A stretch of 63,218 nucleotides of DNA, counting the filler, from Octopus bimaculoides (Eukaryota), in the NCBI RefSeq assembly GCF_001194135.2. It is 4 parts of 4 records of this genome, joined end to end, with 100 filler letters (N's around TTAATTAATTAA, not from the genome) between each part and the next. Parts side by side here need not be neighbours in the genome. Positions count along the whole stretch, not along the records: positions 1 to 26,125 come from NC_069009.1; 3 more parts are not named here. One strand, written 5' to 3'. Within the stretch, counting starts at the first letter, position 1. Each line of letters starts with the position of its first letter. This document shows, piece after piece, positions 1-10,639 of the stretch. Both the position numbers and the translations under genes were made by a program. The notes below the pieces were generated by a model, which was not told the DNA's origin, made no database searches, and saw only the letters and a program-made list of their open reading frames with translations.

Positions 1-39
1 AAGATGTTAGTAAGTAAAAGTGTTTTAAAAAAGATTGTT

Positions 40-139
40 AAATTTTCAGATTAACACCTGTACGATTTTCACTACAGTGTTAGGGTTAGGGTTTGTTAGG
101 GTTAGGTAGGTAATGATGCGGGTGTTAATCTCAAGATTT
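40..139. repeat. Short inverted-repeat element enclosing TTAGGG repeats
   Basis: Arms 40-62 and 117-139 (19/23 complementary) flank about four TTAGGG units at 80-106. Confidence 0.6.
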
Positions 140-780
140 ACGAAAAGATTTTTTTAAAAACTCACAGTTTATAGTGAATAAATGTTTGTTGATCGTATTT
201 GAGAAAGATGTCTCGATGGTGAAGGACGGTGTTAGAAATGGAAAGTAAACTTACAATTCCCACCAAATTGGAATGAGGTCATTGGTAACCATAGGTACAT
301 ATATATGTGTGTATTTACGTATGATTGGTAGTGTGTCTGTTTATTTGACTCTCACTCTCCTTCGTTTCTCTGTCTATTTTCTTGGATCGTTCATAAACGT
401 TCATAAGAGAAAGTAGCAACTGAAACGATGTGTAAGAGGAATAGAAATAGTTAATTTTAGAGGGGCAAAGTAATTTAGTATGTAGTTTTAGTATCTGTCA
501 TTACAGTGTCGAAATGTGATTGTTTCAGTTTTGATCTTTTTGTATTTGTTGTTGGATTGTTGGTAAAGGTTCATAAGAGAAAGTAGGAGTTGAAAGGATT
601 TGTATTAGAAAGAGGAAATTAGATTTTATTAGGGAGAAAATGTTTACTGCTGTAGTTTTATGGATTTTATTCATTATTAGGAAATTTTTGGAGTAAATAA
701 ATGACACAGTGACCTAACAAATTGTATTTAGAATATTAATTGCGATTGTTTAATCCAAGAAATTTGCCTTTTATAGTATA

Positions 781-1427
781 GATACACAGATAAGGAAATA
801 ATTTTATTCTCAAACACAGGATAATGCTAATAATATAGCATGAACAGGATAATCTAGCCATATTTTGCTGAAAAATCTGTCAGCAGCCAGCTGCAAGACT
901 CAAACTCATATCCCTGTGATTACACGTCAAGTGCCTTACCATTAAGCTAAGCTGACCCAACAAATTCCTCTGCAAATGTAGGATATATAAATCTAGCTTT
1001 ATAAGACACTATTGGAAAGCACTTGACACGTAAACAGGGATGTGAGTTCAAGTCTCATGGCTGGCCGCTGACAGATTTTTCTGCAAAATATAGATAGTTT
1101 ATCTTGTTTATTCTATATTATTAGCATTATTCTGTGTTTAAGAATAAAATTATTTCCTTATCTGTGTATCTTTCAATACACTTCTAAAGCAAACTTTGTT
1201 TACTTTCAATGTAAGTTGAATTTAACGTATGATAGCATCTTTTAAATCTAGATTTATTTATCCTACATTTGAAGAGGAATTTGTCGGGTCAGTTTAGCTT
1301 AATGGTAAAGCATTTGATGTGTAATCACAGGGATGTGAGTTCAAGTCTCATGGCTGGCCACCAACAGACTTTTCTGCAAAATATGGATAGTTTATCCTGT
1401 TTATGCTATATTATTAGCATTATCCTG
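781..1427. repeat. Triplicated, inverted unit containing a tRNA-like sequence
   Basis: 781-934 is the reverse complement of 1019-1170, and 817-996 is the reverse complement of 1248-1427. Confidence 0.9.
1287..1360 (+). pseudogene. tRNA-like cloverleaf (Thr(UGU)-like); tRNA pseudogene or SINE head
   Basis: Acceptor GTCAGTT/GGCTGGC, D-stem GCTT/AAGC, T-arm GTGAG-TTCAAGT-CTCAT, A- and B-box-like motifs, and a T4 run ~10 nt downstream. The anticodon stem is only 3/5 paired and position 33 is G. A second copy lies on the minus strand at ~885-957. Confidence 0.6.
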
Positions 1428-1443
1428 CTACATATATTATACA

Positions 1444-1760
1444 TCTAATATAATAAATGTGAAAACTAATTTCTGTGTGTCAGTGTGTCACACTTTGACC
1501 CCCCCCCCTCTCTCACTTTTCATTGACACTCCTACTATTGTTCATGTTGGAGTGAGAGTGATAGTAGGCATAGAGACGGTAGTAGATTGACGTTGTGATG
1601 GCAATGGGATAATAGTAATAGTACGAGCTGTAGTTCTGATGGAGGCGATGGTGATGGTGATAGTGGTGGTGGTGGTAGCTGAAGCAGTCAGGGGCAACGG
1701 TGATAGTAAGCGATGTGAAACACAGAGGTGATGGTGATGGAGGGGAAGGCATAGGTTTGA
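1444..1760 (+). mobile_element. Helitron-like non-autonomous element, 5' end
   Basis: Begins A|TCTAATATAATAAATGTGAAAACTAATTTCTG (TC terminus after A). The same end recurs on the minus strand at 19918 and 20388, the former attached to a RepHel-like fragment. Confidence 0.55.
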
Positions 1761-2451
1761 AACATTAAAGACTTTTTCACTTCCCAAGCATTAAACCAAT
1801 ACATCTGTTTGTTTTCTACACCACCTGTCTTCGTCTTTTGTCTTTTTTTGTGAATTCTCCTTATATATGTATGTGTATATATATATATATAAGAAACAAG
1901 AAGAGAAAATAAAGAATGTATAGTGGCTAGCAATCTTTCATGGCGAATGCCAGACAGAGGGGTCTCACCGAGAGCTGGCAAACCAGAAGTCTACACGAGC
2001 CTTTGCTGTCTGTTTTGGGATGGTTTCTACAGCTGGATGCCTTTCCTAAGAACAACCACCTCACAGAGTGGACTGAGTGCTTTTTATGTGCTACCAGCTC
2101 TGGCGAAGTCTGTTTTGGCATGGTTCTTATGGCTGGATGCCCTTCCAATACCAACCGTTTTACAGAGTGGCATACTTGTATATATTTATAATTAATGCAC
2201 AATATATGGATTTAACTATTGAATTGATGGATGGGCATAACCATAATATTCTTTGATCTGAAGAGCAAGCCTTCTTTACCTGTATTACTTTATAAATTGT
2301 ACAATACTACTATATAATTTGTAACATATACACTAATACAAACATTTAAAATAATTTATTATACACTAAAATAAATATATTCATCTCATACTTGCTCTCT
2401 TTCTTTATATTTTATATATATATTTTCTTTTTTTTTTTTTTTTTTTTGTAG

Positions 2452-2561
2452 GTTCTCCAGAATTTCGAAGAAGAATCAAATTTGGCAGCAAATCATTTTG
2501 TCCGCCATTTGAAGGACCTTCCAGTTGACAAGTCCACCTATCAACACATACCTGTCCCCTG
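2452..2561 (+). CDS. Probable upstream coding exon of the TIFA-like gene (VLQNFEEESNLAANHFVRHLKDLPVDKSTYQHIPVP)
   Basis: Long poly-T tract + TAG acceptor ending at 2451, open frame from 2452, donor TG|GTATGT at 2561/2562. A 76-nt intron to the acceptor CTCTCTGAAG|T (2637/2638) joins it in frame to ATG 2639, which otherwise has an in-frame stop just upstream (2633-2635). Confidence 0.5.
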
Positions 2562-2637
2562 GTATGTGTGTGTAGTTGTGCTTTTTTGGTAGACTCAATT
2601 AACAGAGAACAGCCAGGGGTAGGACATCTCTCTGAAG

Positions 2638-4295
2638 TATGGTGAATGTAATACCCTGTATCGAAGCACATCAAGAAAACCAGGATGAAGTTGTGATTAG
2701 TGTTCAGGGTAGAGTGGGCATTAGACTTCATGGTACAGTGATCAGTGAGGAGGTAGACATAGGGGACAGACAGATCGTGAACAACAGCAACGGAGTCAAC
2801 TATGGTGAAGGGTCAGATATTTGGAACCAAAGCGTAGAGTTAGATTCCAGGGTGCGGAATGTTGTAAATGATGAAGAGGAAATGACAGAAAGTGTCAGGA
2901 TGGATGCTGGGGTGGAGTATCTCACTGAAGAAAGGGGTAACCAGGTAGATGTTGAGGGCATGATGAGGGAAAGAGATCGGGTGGATGCTGAGGGTGAGAC
3001 AAAAGAGAGAGACCGGGTTGATGCTGAGGGTGTGACGAAGGAGAGAGATCGGGTGGATGCTGAGGGTGTAACAAAGGAGAGGGATCGAGTGGATGCTGAG
3101 GGTGTGACGAAGGAGAGAGATCAGGTGGATGCTGAGGGTGTGACGAAGGAGAGAGATCGGGTGGATGCTGAAGGTGTGACGAAGGAGAGAGATCGGGTGG
3201 ATGCTGAGGGTGTGATGAAGGAGANNNNNNNNNNNNNNNNNNNNNNNNNNNNNNNNNNNNNNNNNNNNNNNNNNNNNNNNNNNNNNNNNNNNNNNNNNNN
3301 NNNNNNNNNNNNNNNNNNNNNNNNNNNNNNNNNNNNNNNNNNNNNNNNNNNNNNNNNNNNNNNNNNNNNNNNNNNNNNNNNNNNNNNNNNNNNNNNNNNN
3401 NNNNNNNNNNNNNNNNNNNNNNAGAGAGAGACCGGGTTGATGCTGAGGGTGTGACGAAGGAGAGAGATCGGGTGGATGCTGAGGGTGTAACAAAGGAGAG
3501 GGATCGAGTGGATGCTGAGGGTGTGACGAAGGAGAGAGATCAGGTGGATGCTGAGGGTGTGACGAAGGAGAGAGATCGGGTGGATGCTGAAGGTGTGACG
3601 AAGGAGAGAGATCGGGTGGATGCTGAGGGTGTGATGAAGGAGAGAGATCGGGTGGATAGCGAAGTAGTAACCAAAGAGAGAAGCTCTGGGGACACAAATG
3701 GTGTGAGTGCCAAAGTATTAACTGAACAAAACAGCAAACTGGAACAAAAAGCCTCAAACTACAGCAACAACAGTTGCAGCTGTAATCAACTCCAACACTA
3801 TCAGAGTATGGATGAGACGGGGTTATCAAACAATAGAAGACATTTATCTAGTGTGACCCCACACACTCCGACTCATCTAACACTCTTCTACAAGCCATCA
3901 ATGCTTTCACCCCAGGTGATGAAGTACTTTCCGAAGGAGGTGATTGTCCGTGAGAAAGGCAAACATGTGTCTTTTGGACGGAACCTCAGTTCTGACGTCC
4001 AGCTCAATGACGATTGTATGTCAAGGAACTATGCTCTTCTGTGGTTGCCCGTCAACGACTGTGGGACATTTAAACTGCGCAACATCAGCTCATCAAAGGA
4101 AGTGGTTGTAGATGATGTCCTCCTCTATCCTAACTGCAACAGTGAGATGATCGTCAACAACAACAGTAAAATTGTGCTTGATAACATTGAACTAACAGCA
4201 GTGGTGAGAGCAGGAAGCCCTTCAGCAACACATTATGAAGTGAAAATTGAACCTACAATCTCACGAAGTACTTCGTTACAGCAAGAACCAACTTG
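2638..4295 (+). CDS. TIFA: Main coding exon of a TIFA-like (TRAF-interacting, FHA-domain) protein with an acidic repeat-containing N-terminal extension
   Basis: ORFs 2639-3454 and 3451-4299 are one reading frame split by the N-gap at 3224-3422. The C-terminal part (TPHTPTHLTLFYKP...VSFGRN...DDCMSRNYALL...FKLRNISSSKEVVVDD...AGSPSATHYEVKIE) aligns by eye to human TIFA as recalled (TEETVTCLQMTVYHP...VKFGRN...DKQVSRVQFSL...FEIKNMSKKTNLIVDS...DGESLEFFETQF). The exon ends at a consensus donor TG|GTGAGT (4295/4296). Confidence 0.85.
2967..3678 (+). repeat. Coding minisatellite, 36-bp unit encoding ERDRVDAEGVTK
   Basis: Unit GAGAGAGATCGGGTGGATGCTGAGGGTGTGACGAAG. Seven units before and seven after the N-gap, with six of them identical on both sides. 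Confidence 0.95.
3856..4251 (+). other. TIFA-type Thr motif plus FHA domain
   Basis: FHA signature G-R (3976-3981), S-R (4021-4026) and R-N (4078-4083), equivalent to TIFA G50/R51, S66/R67 and K88/N89. Preceded by T-P-H-T-P-T-H-L, matching TIFA T9-E-E-T12-V-T14-C-L16 with one gap. Confidence 0.8.
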
Positions 4296-4407
4296 GTGAG
4301 TTGTTTTAATGGCTTTTGATGATTTTTAAATGCTTTGAAAATGAAAAAAAAAAAAGAATTCAAAACTATTTTTTTAAAAACTGTAAATTGAAAAGAGGAA
4401 CTAATTA

Positions 4408-4568
4408 GGTGCAGGAGTGGCTGTGTGCTAAGAAGCTTTCTTCTCAACCACATGGTTCCAGGTTCAGTCTCACTGTGTGGCACCTTGAGCAAGTGTCTTC
4501 TGCTATAGCCACAGGCCAACCAAAGCCTTGTGAGTGGATTCAGTAGACGGAAACTGAAAGAAGCCCGT

Positions 4569-4570
<2 letters not shown>
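4408..4570 (+). mobile_element. SINE family A (tRNA-derived, CORE-like), 5' half
   Basis: GCAGGAGTGGCTGTG...GGTTCAGTC...GGCACCTTGAGCAAGTG...GACGGAAACTGAAAGAAGCCCG; many copies in the window. Confidence 0.8.
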
Positions 4571-4621
<51 letters not shown>

Positions 4622-6735
4622 TATACATATACATATGATGGACTCTCCTGTTGTTAGATAACGTATGAAGGTTTGACAATTTCTTACCGAACAACCACAC
4701 AGATGATTTGTTTATAGTGATCAAATGTTTGTGTACATATAAGCTCACTCCCTCCATCAAATTGACATTACCTGTACAGGTGCAACTAGGTTACACATGT
4801 CAGATGTTGAAATGATCGCAGAGTAACGTGAAATGAAATGCTTTGTGCAAGAACACAACACAACGTCCAGCTGGGTGGACTGGAGCACTGTGAAATAAAG
4901 TGTCTTGCTCAGGGATACAACGCGCCACTGGGAATTGAACTCGTGACCTATGATTGCAAGCCAAATACCCTAACCACTAAACCTTCACTATACACATACA
5001 TACAGTCAAAACTATTGAAAAGGTTGCAAGACGCAACAAAAATTTCTCTCCCCAGACACAACCAAATATGCTTCAATACATCCACTCACATGAAGAATCT
5101 TGCAAACCAAATCCAAAAATGAAACAAATATATATGTGCCCCTGGACTGGCTCTTGTGCGGGTGGCACATGAGATGCACCATTTTGAGCGTGGCCGTTGC
5201 CAGTACCGCCTGACTGGCTCCCGTAGGATTTTCGAGTGAGATCGTTGCCAGTGCCCCTGGACTGGCTTGTGCGGGTGGCACATGAGATGCACCATTTTGA
5301 GCGTGGCCGTTGCCAGTACCGCCTGACTGGCTCCCGTANNNNNNNNNNNNNNNNNNNNNNNNNNNNNNNNNNNNNNNNNNNNNNNNNNNNNNNNNNNNNN
5401 NNNNNNNNNNNNNNNNNNNNNNNNNNNNNNNNNNNNNNNNNNNNNNNNNNNNNNNNNNNNNNNNNNNNNNNNNNNNNNNNNNNNNNNNNNNNNNNNNNNN
5501 NNNNNNNNNNNNNNNNNNNNNNNNNNNNNNNNNNNNNNNNNNNNNNNNNNNNNNNNNNNNNNNNNNNNNNNNNNNNNNNNNNNNNNNNNNNNNNNNNNNN
5601 NNNNNNNNNNNNNNNNNNNNNNNNNNNNNNNNNNNNNNNNNNNNNNNNNNNNNNNNNNNNNNNNNNNNNNNNNNNNNNNNNNNNNNNNNNNNNNNNNNNN
5701 NNNNNNNNNNNNNNNNNNNNNNNNNNNNNNNNNNNNNNNNNNNNNNNNNNNNNNNNNNNNNNNNNNNNNNNNNNNNNNNNNNNNNNNNNNNNNNNNNNNN
5801 NNNNNNNNNNNNNNNNNNNNNNNNNNNNNNNNNNNNNNNNNNNNNNNNNNNNNNNNNNNNNNNNNNNNNNNNNNNNNNNNNNNNNNNNNNNNNNNNNNNN
5901 NNNNNNNNNNNNNNNNNNNNNNNNNNNNNNNNNNNNNNNNNNNNNNNNNNNNNNNNNNNNNNNNNNNNNNNNNNNNNNNNNNNNNNNNNNNNNNNNNNNN
6001 NNNNNNNNNNNNNNNNNNNNNNNNNNNNNNNNNNNNNNNNNNNNNNNNNNNNNNNNNNNNNNNNNNNNNNNNNNNNNNNNNNNNNNNNNNNNNNNNNNNN
6101 NNNNNNNNNNNNNNNNNNNNNNNNNNNNNNNNNNNNNNNNNNNNNNNNNNNNNNNNNNNNNNNNNNNNNNNNNNNNNNNNNNNNNNNNNNNNNNNNNNNN
6201 NNNNNNNNNNNNNNNNNNNNNNNNNNNNNNNNNNNNNNNNNNNNNNNNNTATATATATATATATATATATGAATGATGTATATCCATACATATGTATATG
6301 TGTGTGTGTCTGCATATGTGTATGTATATATATGTGTGCATGCATGTGTGTCCATGTATAAATTTACTACAATGAATAAAAATATGTAATGACCATTATT
6401 TATATTTTGTCTTGTATATCACCCTGCGCTAAAAAAAAAAAAACTCAGAATAATTGGGAACACAACCATGGGTTTACAATATAGAATGGTGATGAACTAT
6501 ATAACCTTGGACCCTGCCACAAGAATACTTGGAGTTCTTTGCTAAGCTAAATAATATTGCTAGCCTGGTGTACTAACAGGAAGCTTGTAAAGTACTTTGT
6601 CTGGATTGATAATCCCTCACTAACAATGTGTGTGTGTGTGTGTGGGGGGGTGCATGTGTGTATGTATATATGTGTGTGCATGTGTGTGTGTGTGTGTGTG
6701 TATATATACACATATATATATTATACATACATATT

Positions 6736-6951
6736 GTAGAGGTTCATGGCTTAGTGATTAGGGTGTTGGACTCATGATCATAAGATTGTGGTTTCAATTC
6801 CTGGACCAGGTGACATGTGTTCTTGAGCAAAACCCTTCATTTCACTCATCTGGCAAACATAAGTAATCCTGCAAGGGGCCAGTGTCCCACCCAGGGAAGA
6901 ATATATATATGGTAGAGAGACCAGGAAACCAGCCCTATACACCTTTCAGAG
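6736..6951 (+). mobile_element. SINE family F (tRNA head + CTTGAGCAAxAC core)
   Basis: TGGCTTAGTGATTAGGGTG...GGTTTCAATTCC...TTCTTGAGCAAAAC. Related copies at 4858-4990(-), 7505-7625(-), 51915-52150(+), 53155-53330(+) and 60255-60390(-). Confidence 0.7.
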
Positions 6952-7680
6952 TNNNNNNNNNNNNNNNNNNNNNNNNNNNNNNNNNNNNNNNNNNNNNNNN
7001 NNNNNNNNNNNNNNNNNNNNNNNNNNNNNNNNNNNNNNNNNNNNNNNNNNNNNNNNNNNNNNNNNNNNNNNNNNNNNNNNNNNNNNNNNNNNNNNNNNNN
7101 NNNNNNNNNNNNNNNNNNNNNNNNNNNNNNNNNNNNNNNNNNNNNNNNNNNNNNNNNNNNNNNNNNNNNNNNNNNNNNNNNNNNNNNNNNNNNNNNNNNN
7201 NNNNNNNNNNNNNNNNNNNNNNNNNNNNNNNNNNNNNNNNNNNNNNNNNNNNNNNNNNNNNNNNNNNNNNNNNNNNNNNNNNNNNNNNNNNNNNNNNNNN
7301 NNNNNNNNNNNNNNNNNNNNNNNNNNNNNNNNNNNNNNNNNNNNNNNNNNNNNNNNNNNNNNNNNNNNNNNNNNNNNNNNNNNNNNNNNNNNNATATATG
7401 TCTATATATATGTCTATATATATAGTAAAGTCTATTTGCCAACCCAATGTGGCAGTCCTACATAGGACAATGTTACTACAGTGTATAGAGATGGTTTCCT
7501 GGTCTCTCTAGTATATATATATATTCTTCCCAGGGTGGGATACTGGTCCCTTGCAGGATTACTTAGGTTTGCCAGATGAGTGGACTGGAGCAATGTGAAA
7601 TGAAGGGTTTCCAGCTGGCTACCAACACATGGTCTGTGTCCGTATACTATGAGCAAGGGAGTTTATTGCTCCCTTTGTAG

Positions 7681-7944
7681 CAGGGCTGTGGAGTCTGAGT
7701 TGGAAACAATTAAGAAGTAGCTGGAGTCGGAGTCTGTAAAACTATACTGACTCATAATGTCTTTATTCTTTAATATAATCCAGTTATAACATATAGGCCT
7801 ACTCAAAGTACAAGCATATGCATATGCTTCATGAGATATGTAGATCACAATCACTTAATTACATGAAGAGGAGTCAGAGTCGGAATTGGAGTCAGAGGTG
7901 CCAGAGTTGGAGTCGAAGTTTTTTGTTTTGACTCCACAGCCCTA
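7681..7944. mobile_element. hAT-type MITE
   Basis: 15-bp TIRs CAGGGCTGTGGAGTC / GACTCCACAGCCCTA, 8-bp TSD CTTTGTAG / CTTTCTAG (7/8), and internal GGAGTC sub-repeats. Confidence 0.8.
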
Positions 7945-8704
7945 CTTTCTAGCCTTAGCAATACCTGTAGACCAATAGTTTCTGAGTTATTTCCCTTCCT
8001 CAGCACAGGACAAATCATTGGCTAGAGATGGTAGCCACTTGACCTTGCTCATAGTATATACTTTTAAAGTGACATACAGTCGCTGATCTCGTAAAGAGCA
8101 AAACAACTAGTTTTTAATCTCTGAGCGAGAAATATGTAATAACAGTACTGAACAATAAAGTCTATTTGCCAACACAATGTGATATGTCCTTGCACAGGGG
8201 CCATTCGGACTCCTGTCTTTGCCGTGAACAGGGATTAATCTTCTCTCTTCGCTCCTATGCGCCACATGGGCTCAACTCTCCTCCCCTCTTCATCTAACCC
8301 TCCTCCTNNNNNNNNNNNNNNNNNNNNNNNNNNNNNNNNNNNNNNNNNNNNNNNNNNNNNNNNNNNNNNNNNNNNNNNNNNNNNNNNNNNNNNNNNNNNN
8401 NNNNNNNGACCGATAGAATAAGTACTAGGCTTACAAAGAATAAGTCCTGGGGTCAAAACAAGTAAAAGAGTAAAAGAGTAAATAAGAACTGATAGAAAGG
8501 AAGGGGAGAACCAAAGCTGTAACGTTTGTTTTTCTCAAAGCGTGCCTTCCATAGTTATTTTATCAAGATAAAGAATCTTATAAGCATTGACTTAACAGAT
8601 AGGCTGGAGAGAAATGAGAGTCATTGGACGATAGGAAGAGCCAGCAAGGCCACAGTCTAATCACCAAAACAAGTGAAAAAAATATATATACTGCCTATAT
8701 ATTG

Positions 8705-9647
8705 GTTTCCAATGTTAGCACAAGGCCAGGTAAGTTTGGGGGAGGGGGTAAGTTGATGACATCAACCCCAGTACTCAACTGGTACTTATTTTATTGATCC
8801 CAATTGGATGAAAGGCAAAGTCAATCTTGGCATAATTTGAACTCAGAACATAAAGACGGATGAAATACCACAAAGTATTTTGTCCGGTGTGCTAACGATT
8901 CTGCCAGCTCACCACCTTAATAATATTGATAATCCTTTGTACTAAAGGCATGCGGCCTGAAATTTGTGAGGAGGGGACTAGGACTAGCGAGCTACATTGA
9001 CCTCAGTGTTTCAATGGTACTTTATCAACCCCAAAAGGATGAAAGACAAAGTTGACCTCAGTGGAATTTGAACTCAGAACGTAAAGACGGAAGAAATGCC
9101 ACTCGGCATTTCACCCGGCATGCTAACAATTCTGCCAGCTCACCACCTTAATAATGATAATGATAATAATGATAATGATGATGATAATAATAATANNNNN
9201 NNNNNNNNNNNNNNNNNNNNNNNNNNNNNNNNNNNNNNNNNNNNNNNNNNNNNNNNNNNNNNNNNNNNNNNNNNNNNNNNNNNNNNNNNNNNNNNNNNNN
9301 NNNNNNNNNNNNNNNNNNNNNNNNNNNNNNNNNNNNNNNNNNNNNNNNNNNNNNNNNNNNNNNNNNNNNNNNNNNNNNNNNNNNNNNNNNNNNNNNNNNN
9401 NNNNNNNNNNNNNNNNNNNNNNNNNNNNNNNNTTTTTCTTTCTTTCTGCTTATTAAAAAACTGACAAAATCTGATGATGTCATTCTATCAACGTATGGAC
9501 GCTGATTACTCACGTTCATAGTTTACGTTTGGTTTCTGAAATTTTGAATTTTCAATCACCTTTTGGTTTGAACTTGAGAAAGACAGACGTTCTGTCGAAA
9601 TGTTGTTCAAAGAATAAAACATCTAAAATCGCACTCTTCGTCTTGAC

Positions 9648-9699
<52 letters not shown>

Positions 9700-9917
9700 C
9701 CTTTGTACTCTAGGCACAAGGCCTGAAATTTGGGGGAGGAGATAGTCAATTACATCGACCCTCCCCCCACACCACCACCACCAATATTCAAATGGTACTT
9801 ATTTTATCGACCCTGAAAGGATGAAAGGCGAAGTTGACCTCAACAGAATTTGAACTCAGAGGAAATACTGCTAAGCACTTTGCCCAGTGTGCTAATGATT
9901 CTGCCAGCTTACTGCCT
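8705..9917 (-). mobile_element. Three SINE family C copies (8705-8918, ~8935-9149, 9700-9917)
   Basis: Reverse complements of 10755-10920, interleaved with (TAA)n. Further minus copies at ~36980-37080, 54417-54582, 55165-55335 and ~56330-56430. Confidence 0.8.
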
Positions 9918-10639
9918 TTGTAGTTCATACATATTCCATTGTGCAAAACTACGTTGCAAACAAATAACAATAAACTTGTCAAAGCTGATGACTTTAACCC
10001 GGACTTGGATACACATCCGGAAGTATGAGGCCCATCGTAAATTCTGCAATGCACCAATTACCACCTCAACTTTTGTAAAACAATTTTCCAAAAGTACATT
10101 AGCGATCTATCTCTTACTATTTAAGCAAACATGCTTGTTATATACACTTCCTTCTCAACAGGAACTGAGAGAAACAGTTATTATGAATATAAAGTGTTTC
10201 ACTTAGTGAACAATCAGTGTAACACTTGTCGTAGATTAAAGATTGTTGACATTAAGATAAGCGATACTTGTATTCATTAATTGGAAATATGCTGGAGAAG
10301 GTAGGAGTGGGATATACAAGATCCTTATAGTTTTGAAAGAGTACTACATGACTCGTCATCATGACTCGTCATCATGACTCGTCTGCCACACCTCTCACTC
10401 CAACACAACTGCCCCAATGTCCTGGATACATTCCAGGCCAATGTCTGCAATCAAGTTGTCGATGTAAGTGTGACAACATTTTCCTCTTCTTACATCACCA
10501 TGAAGGTGGCTCCACAAAACTAATTTGGATGCTTCCGATTCAGGGTGGCACACACAGTGACCAGATAGCCACAGTCGTCTTTGCTCGATCTTTTCGCTAA
10601 CTTAGCAGGTCTCCGTAAAGGCATTCATTAGTCATATGT

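Noticed and set aside
399-690. Two degenerate copies of GTTCATAAGAGAAAGTAG... and the 60-aa ORF 525-707
   Set aside because: Old short tandem duplication; the ORF is short, AT-rich and has no homology cue.
1287-1363. Functional tRNA-His or tRNA-Thr gene with encoded CCA
   Set aside because: The anticodon stem is poorly paired, position 33 is G, GTG is off-register for His, and ACCA occurs in only one of three copies.
2967-3678. CRISPR-like array
   Set aside because: 36-bp units are contiguous with no unique spacers, are in frame in a eukaryotic exon, and no cas genes are present.
2840-3829. 329-aa minus-strand His/Pro/Ser ORF
   Set aside because: Antisense shadow of the coding minisatellite in the TIFA-like exon.
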